Below, piece after piece: positions 36,534-44,695 of a stretch of 64,000 nucleotides of DNA. The notes under the pieces were generated by a model. It saw only the letters and a list, made by a program, of their open reading frames with translations, did no database searches and had not been told where the DNA came from. Positions within the stretch are counted from its first letter, which is position 1; each line of letters begins with the position of its first letter. Both the position numbers and the translations under genes were made by a program. The DNA is from Thermoplasmata archaeon (GTDB taxonomy: Archaea > Thermoplasmatota > Thermoplasmata > Lutacidiplasmatales > UBA184). The stretch spans positions 16,803 through 80,802 of the forward strand of contig JAKAUN010000011.1 in NCBI GenBank assembly GCA_021817605.1. Reading direction: 5' to 3'.

Positions 36534-38054
36534 CTACCGGCTCTCCCCCGCGAGCACCGCGAGATCGTCCGCGAAGAGCTCTCGGATGTCGTTGTAGCCG
36601 AGGGCGACCATCGCGAGCCGCGTGATGCCGATCCCCCAGGCGAGGACCGGGACCTCCACCCGGAGCGGCCGAAGCACCTCCGGGCGGAACAGCCCGCCGG
36701 GAAAGACCTCCATCCACCCGAGCCTCGGATGGCGGACGTAGCCCTCGATCGACGGCTCGGTGAACGGAAAGTAGCTCGGGCGGATCTTGAGCTCGCGGAT
36801 GCCGATCGCCTCGGCGAGCTCCCGGAACAGCCCGACCAGGTGGCGGACGGTCATCCCGTCCTCCCCGACAATCCCCTCGGATTGCCGGAACTCGACATGG
36901 TGACGGGAGTCGACCTCCTCGCGCCGGAGGTTGCGGTCGATCGAGTACATCCGGAACGGAGCCTTCGGCCGGGCGGCCAGGAACCGCGCCGAGACGGCCG
37001 TGGTCTGCGAGCGAAGCACGGGACGTCGGGCGACCTCGGGGTCGTAGCCCGCTCCCCAGCCGGGGCCGATCGGCTCGGGCTCGCCGGGCAGCGCTCGTCC
37101 TTCGTGCACCGCCGCCACACGCGCAAGGAGCTCGGCCGACGGAGGGCGGCCGACGACGCCCTCGACCGTGAGGGCGTCGTGGATCGAGCGGGCCGGATGG
37201 TCCTGCGGCATGAACAGCACGTCGTTGTTCCAGAACTCGGTCTCGAGGAGCGGTCCCTCCGCCTCGGAGAAGCCGAGTCCGACCAGGATCTCCTCGAACT
37301 CCTCGAGCCAGGCCAAGTAGGGGTTCTCCCGCGCCCCGGTGAGGAAGGGAGGGGGAGCCCGAACGTCGTACGGGCGGAACGGTCGCTCCTTCCAGACCCC
37401 GGTCGCGAGCAGTCCGCCGGTCAACGCCCCGATCGGTTCGACCCCCGCGGGCTCGAGCACCAGCCGACGCCCCTCCTCCGACGCCGCCCAGCGCTTCCTC
37501 GACCGACTCTCGGTGCGGACGAGCCCCCGACGCACGAGCGACTCCGCCGCCGCGGGCTCCACCGTCGACGCCCCGTCCGAGATCCCCTTGAGGGCGACCT
37601 CCTCCGGGAACGGACCCTCGGGAGGGGGCGGCGCCTCCCGCAGACGCAACGGGACGCCGGGGGCCAGCAGGGCACGACGCCGCAGCACCCCTATCGCGGC
37701 GGAGCCCTCTTCCTCGGAGAACCCTTCCGCCCGAAGGGCCTCCGGACCGATCGAGCTGCGAGACCTAAGCAACGCGAAGAGACGGCGTTCGGGCAGGCCC
37801 TCCGAGAGCATCGCGCTCCCCCGAGGGGTCAGACGCCAAACGGTGGTGTGCTCCTCCTCGAGGAGCGCGAGGCCCTTGGAGCGCAGCCTCTGGAGGCTTC
37901 CGCGGACATGGTCGGCGGGGAGCCCGAGCTTCTCCACGACCTCTTCCTCGTTCAGCCTCGAGGTCGCCCCGCGCAGGAGATCGAGGACCGTGCGCTCCCC
38001 CGGAGAGATCGAGAGCGGGACCCCGCCCGACGGGGGTTCGGAGGAATCGGACAC
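36534..38054 (-). CDS. pheS: Phenylalanine--tRNA ligase alpha subunit
   Basis: N-terminal wHTH repeats and class II core motifs are present: FMPQDHPARS, RMYSIDRNLRRE and GIGITRL. Confidence 0.92.
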   Translation of the reverse strand: MSDSSEPPSGGVPLSISPGERTVLDLLRGATSRLNEEEVVEKLGLPADHVRGSLQRLRSKGLALLEEEHTTVWRLTPRGSAMLSEGLPERRLFALLRSRSSIGPEALRAEGFSEEEGSAAIGVLRRRALLAPGVPLRLREAPPPPEGPFPEEVALKGISDGASTVEPAAAESLVRRGLVRTESRSRKRWAASEEGRRLVLEPAGVEPIGALTGGLLATGVWKERPFRPYDVRAPPPFLTGARENPYLAWLEEFEEILVGLGFSEAEGPLLETEFWNNDVLFMPQDHPARSIHDALTVEGVVGRPPSAELLARVAAVHEGRALPGEPEPIGPGWGAGYDPEVARRPVLRSQTTAVSARFLAARPKAPFRMYSIDRNLRREEVDSRHHVEFRQSEGIVGEDGMTVRHLVGLFRELAEAIGIRELKIRPSYFPFTEPSIEGYVRHPRLGWMEVFPGGLFRPEVLRPLRVEVPVLAWGIGITRLAMVALGYNDIRELFADDLAVLAGESR

Positions 38055-38077
38055 GAGCCGCTGAGCGGACGGCCGGA

Positions 38078-40726
38078 TTAAGGATTTTGGCCCTCGGAGG
38101 TCGTCGCCTCCGGGTTGGCCGCCTCTGACCCTTTGGCCGCGGGAGCGCGTCGCGAGGTCGGTGGGTCACCCGAGGAGGAAGGCGAAAAGGAAGAGGTGGG
38201 CTCCTCGCTTCCCTCGGTGGCCTTCGGGGCCGAGATTTCGTCCTCCGCTTCGGTCTCGAGCGGCGGCTCGCGCGGCCCGGCCGGCTCTCCCGCGTTCTCG
38301 GGCTCCTGGCCCACCGCCTCCTTCCCCGACGGGGTCGCGGGCGGGCTCTCCTCACCGGGGACGGCGGGCGGGAGACCCTCGAGGCTCGCATCCTGTGGCG
38401 GCGACGGGGGGGCCAAAGGCGCCATCGGTGGCCCCGGCGGAGGCGGGGCGTTCGGGGGCGTCGCGGGCGGGTACGGGGCCAGCTGCCGGGACGTCGGTCG
38501 CCTCCGACGCCCCAGCCAGCCACCGAGGGCGACAGCCGCGGCTGTGATCGCGGCGAAGGTCACGTACTTCCACGGGGAGCTCGCAAGGAAGCCGAGCTGG
38601 GGGAACCATCCGATCAGGTTCACCGACAAGGCGGCCGAGGCGGAGCCGAAGTAGCGGACGGTCGTGACGGAGGCCTGTACGCGTGCGTGCGTCCCCAGAT
38701 AGCAGAACGGCACCGAGAACCGGGCCACGACCGTCCCGTTCGCATCGGTGGTCGGCGTGACGACACCAAAGGACCCGCTGCACGGGCCCGCCGGCAGCTC
38801 CGAGGTGAGGGCTAGCCTGACCGCCTGGCCGGGGATCGGCTGGCCCGAGGAGAGGTTGGTGAGCCGCGCGCTCACGGTGACGGAGCCTCCCGGGGCGACC
38901 GGCGAGGGGAAAACGGAGAGCGTAAGGTGCACGAACGAGCCGACGAGCTCCGCGTAGAGCGCTGCGGCCCGAGGGGAGCCCCAGCCGGTCGCCGCGTCCC
39001 ACCCCGGACCGGCCGAGGCGACGCAGTTCGCCCCCGACGTGACATCGGCGATCCCGACGCCGGCGCTTGTCTGGTTCGCGACCTCGTGGTAGAGCCGGTC
39101 GGTGAAGAAGCCGAGAGGATGGCCCCACTTCGCGTCGATCATCGTGACCAGGCCCGCCCAGAGCGGCGTAGCGAAGCTCGTGCCGCCCTCCGAGGAGCTC
39201 GTGCCGTTGAAGTAGACGAAGTCGTTCGAGGCGGTCGCGCTCACGTCCGGCATGCCGCGGTGGCCGTTCGCCGAGATCGGTGCGGCCGCGCTGCCCACCT
39301 TCTGCCATGCCGGCGCGGCGAACGTCCCGGAGAATCCCCCGCCGCTCTTTGACCAGGCGGACTCGGTGAACCCCCCGCCGAGCAGAGGGTTCGTGAGGGT
39401 GACCGCGGTCCCCCCGACGGCGAGCACGTCCGGCGACGAGGCAGGGAACTGCGGGTCGGGAGTGCCCGAGCAGGCGGTCGTGTCGCCTCCCTGGTCGCCG
39501 GTCGCTCCGAGGAGCGTGACTCCCAGCTGCTTCGCCTCGGCGAACAGGGGCGTCCACGCCGCGATGAGCGAGGCGTCGCTGCTCTCCGAGCTGCCGAACG
39601 ACATCGAGATCGCGGTGAGGTTCCTCGAGCTCCGGAGGCCGAGCGCCGTCTCGAGCGCGGTGGTGAGGTCGGCGGCCGAGGGACTGTAGTTGGGGTAGGT
39701 GGTCCCTTCCTGGGTGTACACGGCATCGATGGTCGCTCCCGGGGCCATCGAGGCCGACCACTCGATGTCGAGCGTGAGCTCGTCCACCGGCAGCGCGTCC
39801 GGGCCGAGCGGCGCGCTCGTGTTCGGCTTCGGGGCTCCGTCCACAGGGTACGGCACCACCGTCGGGACCGGGAACGTCGACGGGTAGTACTTCGCCCAGA
39901 AGGTGGCGAGGTCGCTCGGCGAGTACCCTTTTCCCCACAGGACGACCGCGATGTCGTGGCCGGTGGCGTTCGTGGGTCCGCCGGTGAGGTTGTACAAGCC
40001 TGAGAGGTCGTAGATCGAGCGGGCACGTGCCGGCGTGATCGTGCTCGGAGCGACGGCGGAGGGCCCTGCGGCCGCGGAGGACAGGGAGAAGGAGAAGGTG
40101 TCGAAGCCGCTCGAGAGCCCGACGACCCCCGCGACCTCGTCTTCGAGCGACGGCGGCAGCGTCGGGGGCCGGGCCGGGAAGACGACCGGCCGCGAGCCGT
40201 TGGTCCCGGCCTCCAGGGTCGTTCCGAAGGCACGGCCGAGGTCGGAGGCGCTGCCGGCCAAGGAGAGCGACAGGTGGTCGACGGAGACCGATCGCACCCG
40301 TATCCCGTAGCTCTCGAAGTAGGACTCGGCAGCGGCGAGCGAGGAAGGGGCGAGACCGAAGCGCTGGGCGAACTCGCGCACGCTCAGCGGCGGGCCCGTA
40401 GCGGTCGCGACGGACGGGTCTCCAGAGCTCGTCCGCAGGGAGAAGACGACCACGACGTCGAGGGTTCCACGCGCCGGATGCTGCGCGTGGGCAAGCTCGA
40501 GGTACTTCCCCGAGAAGCCGGCGCGTTCGGCGAAGCTCACGGCAGCAGGCGAGACCGCGGCCGGCAGCGGACCGCGGCCCGAGGGCGCCAGCCCGGCGGC
40601 GAGTGCCGGCGCGGGCACTCCTCCGAGAACGAGCGCCGTGAGCAGGAGGGCGAGAAGCGCCGCACGGGTCCCCACACCGACGACCAGCCCGTCCGCCCCC
40701 AAATACTCCGTCCTCGAAGCAGCCAC
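38078..40726 (-). CDS. Secreted, membrane-anchored sedolisin (peptidase S53) with pro-kumamolisin-type propeptide, beta-sandwich domain, TM anchor and Pro/Glu-rich tail
   Basis: The propeptide is SVREFAQRFGL..SYFESYGIRV. The catalytic region has ELTLDIEW, SMSFGS, ATGDQGG and GGTSFATPLWAG. The TM helix YVTFAAITAAAVALGGWLGRRRR follows. Start was set at GTG 40726, just after the upstream stop. Confidence 0.75.
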   Translation of the reverse strand: MAASRTEYLGADGLVVGVGTRAALLALLLTALVLGGVPAPALAAGLAPSGRGPLPAAVSPAAVSFAERAGFSGKYLELAHAQHPARGTLDVVVVFSLRTSSGDPSVATATGPPLSVREFAQRFGLAPSSLAAAESYFESYGIRVRSVSVDHLSLSLAGSASDLGRAFGTTLEAGTNGSRPVVFPARPPTLPPSLEDEVAGVVGLSSGFDTFSFSLSSAAAGPSAVAPSTITPARARSIYDLSGLYNLTGGPTNATGHDIAVVLWGKGYSPSDLATFWAKYYPSTFPVPTVVPYPVDGAPKPNTSAPLGPDALPVDELTLDIEWSASMAPGATIDAVYTQEGTTYPNYSPSAADLTTALETALGLRSSRNLTAISMSFGSSESSDASLIAAWTPLFAEAKQLGVTLLGATGDQGGDTTACSGTPDPQFPASSPDVLAVGGTAVTLTNPLLGGGFTESAWSKSGGGFSGTFAAPAWQKVGSAAAPISANGHRGMPDVSATASNDFVYFNGTSSSEGGTSFATPLWAGLVTMIDAKWGHPLGFFTDRLYHEVANQTSAGVGIADVTSGANCVASAGPGWDAATGWGSPRAAALYAELVGSFVHLTLSVFPSPVAPGGSVTVSARLTNLSSGQPIPGQAVRLALTSELPAGPCSGSFGVVTPTTDANGTVVARFSVPFCYLGTHARVQASVTTVRYFGSASAALSVNLIGWFPQLGFLASSPWKYVTFAAITAAAVALGGWLGRRRRPTSRQLAPYPPATPPNAPPPPGPPMAPLAPPSPPQDASLEGLPPAVPGEESPPATPSGKEAVGQEPENAGEPAGPREPPLETEAEDEISAPKATEGSEEPTSSFSPSSSGDPPTSRRAPAAKGSEAANPEATTSEGQNP

Positions 40727-40730
40727 GATG

Positions 40731-42248
40731 CTACTTCCGCTTGCGGATGGGCGCGGTGTAGCCCTTCGGGAGCCGCGTCGGCTCGGGGCCGCCGAACGGA
40801 TCCGGTCGGGGTCCCGGAGCGCTGCCACGTCGGGCGCAGAGATAGGCATCGATCGCCTGCGCGGCCTCGCTCGCCGCGCCCATCGCATGGACCACCGACC
40901 GGCCCCCCACGGCATAGACCCCCTCCACTCCGGTGGCGAACCCCGGGCCGCGGCCTTCCGGCCACCCCTGCGGCGCGAGGGCGAGGTCGAGTCCCGTTCC
41001 GAGGCCGTCCAGGTCGGCCTTCTGGCCGACCGCGACGATGAGGGTATCGCAGGGGATCGTCTCCTCCGACCCCGGGACCGGCACGGGCTGGCGACGGCCG
41101 CTCTCGTCCGGAGGACCGAGCTCGACCGAGCGGACGACGAGACCCTCGATTTGGGAGAGGCCGACGAGCCCGACCGGGGCCCTCCGGAAGAGGAAACGGA
41201 CCGATTCCTGCTCGGCTTCGTGGACCTCCTCGGCGTCCGCCGGCATCTCCTCCCGGCCCCGCCGATAGACCAGCGTCACCTCGGCGCCGGGCGAGAGCCT
41301 CAGGGCCGTGCGGACCGAGTCCATGGCGACATCTCCTCCGCCGACGACGACGATCTGCTTGCCGAGGGGCAACGGGCGGCCGGCACGGGCCTCGCGCAGG
41401 AAGCTAAGCGCGGGGAGAACCCCCTCGCGCGTCTCCCCGGGGAGGCCGAGCTCGCGGTGCGAAGGGGTCCCGACCGCAAGGAGGACCGCGGCGTAGCCCT
41501 CGCGCAGGAGCTCCACGGCGCTGCCGTCGGTGCCGACACGATGGTCGGTGACGAACGTAACATCCAGGTCGCGGAACCTCGCCCGGTCGGCGTCGAGGTC
41601 CTCCTCCGACATGCGGTAGGCCGGGATCGTCCGCAACAGGCCGCCCGGCTCGGGCTCAGCCTCGTAGACCGTGACGCCGTAGCCTCGGAGACCGAGCTCC
41701 CAGGCGGCCATGAGGCCCGCCGGCCCGGCCCCGACGACCGCGACCCTCTGGCCTGTCGGCCGGGACGGGACGTAGACGAGGTCTCCCTTCCCGTGCTCGA
41801 GGGCGGCCCGCTTGAGGTGACGGATCGCGATCGGGATGCCCTTCTTGCTGATCACGCAGGAGTCCTCGCAGTAGCGGTAGCAGACCTTGCACAGGGTGTT
41901 CGCGAGCGGGTCGTCCCGCACCGTGACTCGGGCGGCTTCGTCGAAGTTCCCCTCGGCGATCTGGACGATGTACTCCCGGCAGTCCTGGGTGATCGGACAC
42001 GCCTCGACACACCAGGGGCGGCGGCACCGGATGCATCGTTTCGCCTCGAGGACGGCCTCCTCGCGCGTGTAGCCCCTCAGGATGGGGCGGAAGTCCTCGG
42101 TGCGCTGCGCGGGGGGCTCCTCTCGAATGGGCACGCGTACCGGGTCGAGCTTGGGGGGCGTCGGCCGTGCCGGCGTAGGTGCGTCGGGCGGCATCCCGTC
42201 GGACTCTGGGCCTTCGAGCCTATCAGGTTTCGGTCGCCTCGACCGCAC
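40731..42248 (-). CDS. GltD/SudA-like NAD(P)H-dependent FAD oxidoreductase (glutamate synthase small-chain family)
   Basis: N-terminal Cys clusters are CIRCRRPWCVEACP and CKVCYRYCEDSC. Dinucleotide motifs are VAVVGAGPAGL and IVVVGGGDVAMD. An alternative start lies at 42194. Confidence 0.8.
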   Translation of the reverse strand: MRSRRPKPDRLEGPESDGMPPDAPTPARPTPPKLDPVRVPIREEPPAQRTEDFRPILRGYTREEAVLEAKRCIRCRRPWCVEACPITQDCREYIVQIAEGNFDEAARVTVRDDPLANTLCKVCYRYCEDSCVISKKGIPIAIRHLKRAALEHGKGDLVYVPSRPTGQRVAVVGAGPAGLMAAWELGLRGYGVTVYEAEPEPGGLLRTIPAYRMSEEDLDADRARFRDLDVTFVTDHRVGTDGSAVELLREGYAAVLLAVGTPSHRELGLPGETREGVLPALSFLREARAGRPLPLGKQIVVVGGGDVAMDSVRTALRLSPGAEVTLVYRRGREEMPADAEEVHEAEQESVRFLFRRAPVGLVGLSQIEGLVVRSVELGPPDESGRRQPVPVPGSEETIPCDTLIVAVGQKADLDGLGTGLDLALAPQGWPEGRGPGFATGVEGVYAVGGRSVVHAMGAASEAAQAIDAYLCARRGSAPGPRPDPFGGPEPTRLPKGYTAPIRKRK

Positions 42249-42290
42249 TCCGCCCAGCGGAAGGGAGGCGCGGGAGCGGCCGGACCCGAG

Positions 42291-42296
42291 ATATAG
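42291..42296 (+). promoter_or_regulatory. TATA-like box (ATATAG) upstream of srp54
   Basis: GAGATATAGACC lies 48 nt before ATG 42345, with AAGGGGG between them. Confidence 0.35.
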
Positions 42297-42344
42297 ACCC
42301 GCGGGCCTCGACCTTCGGTCCCAAGGGGGTCAGCCTCCGTCGTC

Positions 42345-43688
42345 ATGGTTCTGGATGCGCTCGGCAAGTCGCTGCGCGGGGTCTTGCAGAAGATCGCCCG
42401 TGGCTCGGTGGTCGACGAGGCGCTCCTCGCCGAGGTCGTGCGCGACATCCAGCGCGCGCTCCTGCAGGCCGATGTCAACGTCGAGCTTGCGCTCTCGCTC
42501 ACCCAGCGCGTCCGGCGGCGAGCCACCGACGAGAAGCCGCCCGCCGGCGCCAGCCTGAGGGATTTCCTGGTGCGGATCATCTACGAGGAGATCCGCGGGA
42601 TCCTCGGGACGGAGAAGCCGTTCGAGACGCGGCCGAAGAAGATCCTGCTCGCGGGCCTGTTCGGTCAGGGAAAGACGACCACCGCCGCCAAGCTCGCACG
42701 CTACCTCCAGAAGAAGGGGGTCCGGGTCGGCCTGGTCGGGGCGGACATCCACCGTCCCGCGGCGATCGACCAGCTCGAGCAGCTCTCCCGGAAGATCGGG
42801 GCGGAGTTCTATTCCGACCGCTCCGAGAAGCGAGCGGAGAGGATCGTCAAGGAGGCGCTCAAGCTCGCCGGGCCGAACCAGGCGACGATCGTCGACACGG
42901 CCGGCCGCACCGGGATCGACCCCGAGCTCATCGAGGAGCTGCGTCGGGTCAAGGAGGTCCTCAATCCGGACGAGGTATTGCTCGTGCTGGACGCGGCGAT
43001 GGGCCAGTCGGCGGGCCGCAGCGCCGAGGCGTTCCACAAGGCGGTCGGGCTCACCGGAGTCATCCTGACCAAGATGGACGGTTCGGCCAAGGGAGGAGGC
43101 GCCCTCTCCGCCGTCGCCGCGAGCGGCGCGCCCATCGTCTTCCTCGGGACCGGCGAGCATCTCGAGGAGCTCGAGCGGTTCGAGCCGACACGTTTCGTCT
43201 CCCGCCTGCTCGGGATGGGGGACATCCAGACCCTCCTCGAACGGTTCGAGGAGCTCTCCAACAAGCAGGCCGCCGAGGAGGCCGCCAAGAAGCTCATGAC
43301 CGGGCGGTTCTCGCTGCGGGACATGCGCACGCAGCTCGAGTCGCTCGGCCAGATGGGCCCGTTCTCCAAGATCGTCTCGATGTTCCCGGCCTTCGGCACG
43401 GCGAAGCTCGACGACCAGAGGCTGGACGAGTCGCAGAAGCGCCTCCTCAGGTTCCGGGCGATCCTCGACTCGATGAACGCCCAGGAGCTCGACGACGCCC
43501 AGCTGCTCAAGGCGGAGCGGATCCACCGCGTCGCGCGCGGGAGCGGCCAGCGTCCCCAGGAGGTCCGGGCACTCCTCAAGCAGTACGAGCTCACCCGCAA
43601 GGCAGCCCACGGGCTCGTCTCCAACCGTCGCTTACGACGCCAGCTCGAAAAGCAGTTCGGCGGCGCGGCCCTCCCGGGCCCCGAGTGA
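42345..43688 (+). CDS. srp54: Signal recognition particle protein SRP54
   Basis: GLFGQGKTTT, DTAGR and TKMDGSAKGG are present, with a Met-rich M domain at the C-terminus. Confidence 0.95.
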   Translation: MVLDALGKSLRGVLQKIARGSVVDEALLAEVVRDIQRALLQADVNVELALSLTQRVRRRATDEKPPAGASLRDFLVRIIYEEIRGILGTEKPFETRPKKILLAGLFGQGKTTTAAKLARYLQKKGVRVGLVGADIHRPAAIDQLEQLSRKIGAEFYSDRSEKRAERIVKEALKLAGPNQATIVDTAGRTGIDPELIEELRRVKEVLNPDEVLLVLDAAMGQSAGRSAEAFHKAVGLTGVILTKMDGSAKGGGALSAVAASGAPIVFLGTGEHLEELERFEPTRFVSRLLGMGDIQTLLERFEELSNKQAAEEAAKKLMTGRFSLRDMRTQLESLGQMGPFSKIVSMFPAFGTAKLDDQRLDESQKRLLRFRAILDSMNAQELDDAQLLKAERIHRVARGSGQRPQEVRALLKQYELTRKAAHGLVSNRRLRRQLEKQFGGAALPGPE

Positions 43689-43697
43689 CGAGCTCCG

Positions 43698-44237
43698 ATG
43701 GGACCTCTCGGGGGGCTCGAGGCGTTCGCCGGCCTCGCCCTGTTGTTCTTCCTTCCCGGGTTCACGGTCGCTCGAGCGGTCTTCCCCGAGCGACGGCTCC
43801 GGGGCCCCGCGGGGCTTCGCGGCGCGGTCGAGCTGGTCGTCCTCTCCTTCGTCCTGAGCGTCGGCCTCACGGTGCTGGTCGGCTATCTGCTCCTCTCGGC
43901 CTCCCCGGGAGGTTTCTCCGCGAGCTGGGGCTCTCCGGTCCTCGAGGCGACGCTCGCGGCCCTCGTTGTCGTCGCTCTCGCCGTGGGGCTCGTGCGGGGA
44001 AGCTATGCCCGCGTCCCGCCTCCCTCCCCCGTTCCCGAAGCGCCGGGCGAGGAGGGGGCCTTCGAGCTCACGCGAGAGCTCGACCGTCTGCGGGCCGAGA
44101 AGGTCCGGCTCATGGCCCGCCGTCGGTCGGTCGCCGACCGGCCCCAGGAGGCGGAGGCGCTGCGACGCGAGATCGCGAGGCTCGCCGGAGAGGAAGAGTC
44201 GCTCGCGCGAAGGAGGGAGGCCGACTTTGAGCTCTGA
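43698..44237 (+). CDS. Hypothetical membrane protein (3 TM plus a C-terminal coiled coil; N-terminus DUF1616-like)
   Basis: LALLFFLPGFTVARAVFPERR is followed by two more helices and then an Arg/Glu-rich helix, ELDRLRAEKVRLMARRR. Confidence 0.55.
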   Translation: MGPLGGLEAFAGLALLFFLPGFTVARAVFPERRLRGPAGLRGAVELVVLSFVLSVGLTVLVGYLLLSASPGGFSASWGSPVLEATLAALVVVALAVGLVRGSYARVPPPSPVPEAPGEEGAFELTRELDRLRAEKVRLMARRRSVADRPQEAEALRREIARLAGEEESLARRREADFEL

Positions 44238-44262
44238 GCGGGCCGAGGGAAGATCGCACAAG

Positions 44263-44604
44263 ATGGTGCTGATCGTGCGCGGCGAGCTCCGGCTCTCGCC
44301 GGGCAAGGCGGCGGTCCAGGTCGCCCACGCCGCCGTCCTCCTCACGCGGCGTGCCGAAGCGCGATCTCGGGCCGACCTCGAGACCTGGCTCGAGGAGGGC
44401 CAGAAGAAGATCGCTCTCAGGCTCGAGACGCTCGAAGAGATGGAATCGGTCGAGCGACGGGCCGCGCGCGCCGGGATCCCGACCGTCTGGGTCGAGGACG
44501 CGGGATTCACCGAAGTGCCGCCGGGCACACGCACCTGTCTCGGCTTAGGGCCGTCGGCGACGCGGGTTCTCGACCCGATCACCGGAGAGCTTCCGCTCTT
44601 CTGA
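44263..44604 (+). CDS. pth2: Peptidyl-tRNA hydrolase, archaeal type (Pth2)
   Basis: MVLIVRGELRLSPGKAAVQVAHAAV..KIALRLE..DAGFTEVPPGTRTCLGLGP. Confidence 0.9.
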   Translation: MVLIVRGELRLSPGKAAVQVAHAAVLLTRRAEARSRADLETWLEEGQKKIALRLETLEEMESVERRAARAGIPTVWVEDAGFTEVPPGTRTCLGLGPSATRVLDPITGELPLF

Positions 44605-44648
44605 GCGCCCTCGCCGGGGGGCCGACCGCGGGGAGCCCCTTGCCTCTC

Positions 44649-44670
44649 GAAAAAGAAGAAGGAGGAAAAG
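44649..44670 (-). terminator. Pyrimidine/oligo-T tract immediately downstream of the SBP gene
   Basis: The minus strand reads CTTTTCCTCCTTCTTCTTTTTC, 26 nt after stop 44696. T-runs are otherwise rare in this DNA. Confidence 0.45.
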
Positions 44671-44695
44671 GTTGGACGCGACGGGGGCTGACCGC

